Of a stretch of 35,670 nucleotides of DNA, positions 35,385 to 35,670 are shown one piece after another. The translations under genes and the position numbers were made by a program. This DNA is from a virus. Taxonomy: Duplodnaviria > Caudoviricetes. The notes beneath the pieces are model-generated. The model made no database searches, was not told the origin of the DNA, and saw only the letters and a program-made list of their open reading frames with translations. The DNA is taken from positions 1-35,670 of IMG/VR virus record IMGVR_UViG_3300017754_002486. The stretch is one strand, 5' to 3'. Positions within the stretch are counted from its first letter, which is position 1. The number at the start of each line of letters is the position of its first letter.

Positions 35385-35669
35385 TTAGTAATTAAACTTA
35401 AATCCCGCGGGTTTAATCTTATCAAATAGTCTAACAGTATAGACAGACCAGTTGATTTGTAAGTTAGCATAGCACCAGAGCATATACTGCGGGTGTTGTT
35501 TAATAGCCTCTTCTACTGTAAGTACTATAATATGTGGTTTATTACTAAACCATACATTATCCCAGGGCCTGGTAGCTCTTCTAGTACCACCTCTCTCATG
35601 AGGCTTATCATAAAACTCTTTCTTCTCAGGTCTATGAGAAGACTTAAGCTGTTGTATATAAGTAAGCAT
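35385..35669 (-). CDS. hypothetical protein
   Basis: 94-aa ORF at window edge, may extend upstream. Confidence 0.6.
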   Translation of the reverse strand: MLTYIQQLKSSHRPEKKEFYDKPHERGGTRRATRPWDNVWFSNKPHIIVLTVEEAIKQHPQYMLWCYANLQINWSVYTVRLFDKIKPAGFKFNY

Positions 35670-35670
35670 A

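Noticed and set aside
1-35670. Alternative genetic code (TAG/TGA reassignment as in some crAss-like phages)
   Set aside because: Long conserved genes are intact in the standard code, TAG and TGA end genes at expected places, and no suppressor tRNA is seen

Overview
AT-rich, almost entirely minus-strand segment of a tailed-phage genome, most likely infecting Bacteroidota (TAnnTTTG promoter elements, crAss-like PolB and primase). It is the replication, recombination and early-gene region: MazG-like pyrophosphatase, PolB, PD-(D/E)XK exonuclease, a MoxR AAA+/metallopeptidase-vWA module, primase, a Sak4-like ATPase, DnaB, uracil-DNA glycosylase, a GH73 hydrolase, an SF2 helicase, two tRNAs and many small ORFs. 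Structure beyond the ORF track: (1) two group I introns with base-level splice sites, each carrying a GIY-YIG endonuclease and splitting an ATPase gene; (2) a twister-ribozyme-like RNA with a ~117-nt P5 insert, plus a second copy lacking the catalytic core, bracketing a 47-aa ORF; (3) an integron-cassette-like unit with an attC-like hairpin next to a ParB-like/C5-methyltransferase fusion; (4) a free-standing GIY-YIG gene that appears to have replaced the 5' end of the HNH gene it entered; (5) a short helical motif repeated in four proteins, three of them around the MoxR-vWA genes. All calls come from reading the sequence by eye; no searches were run.
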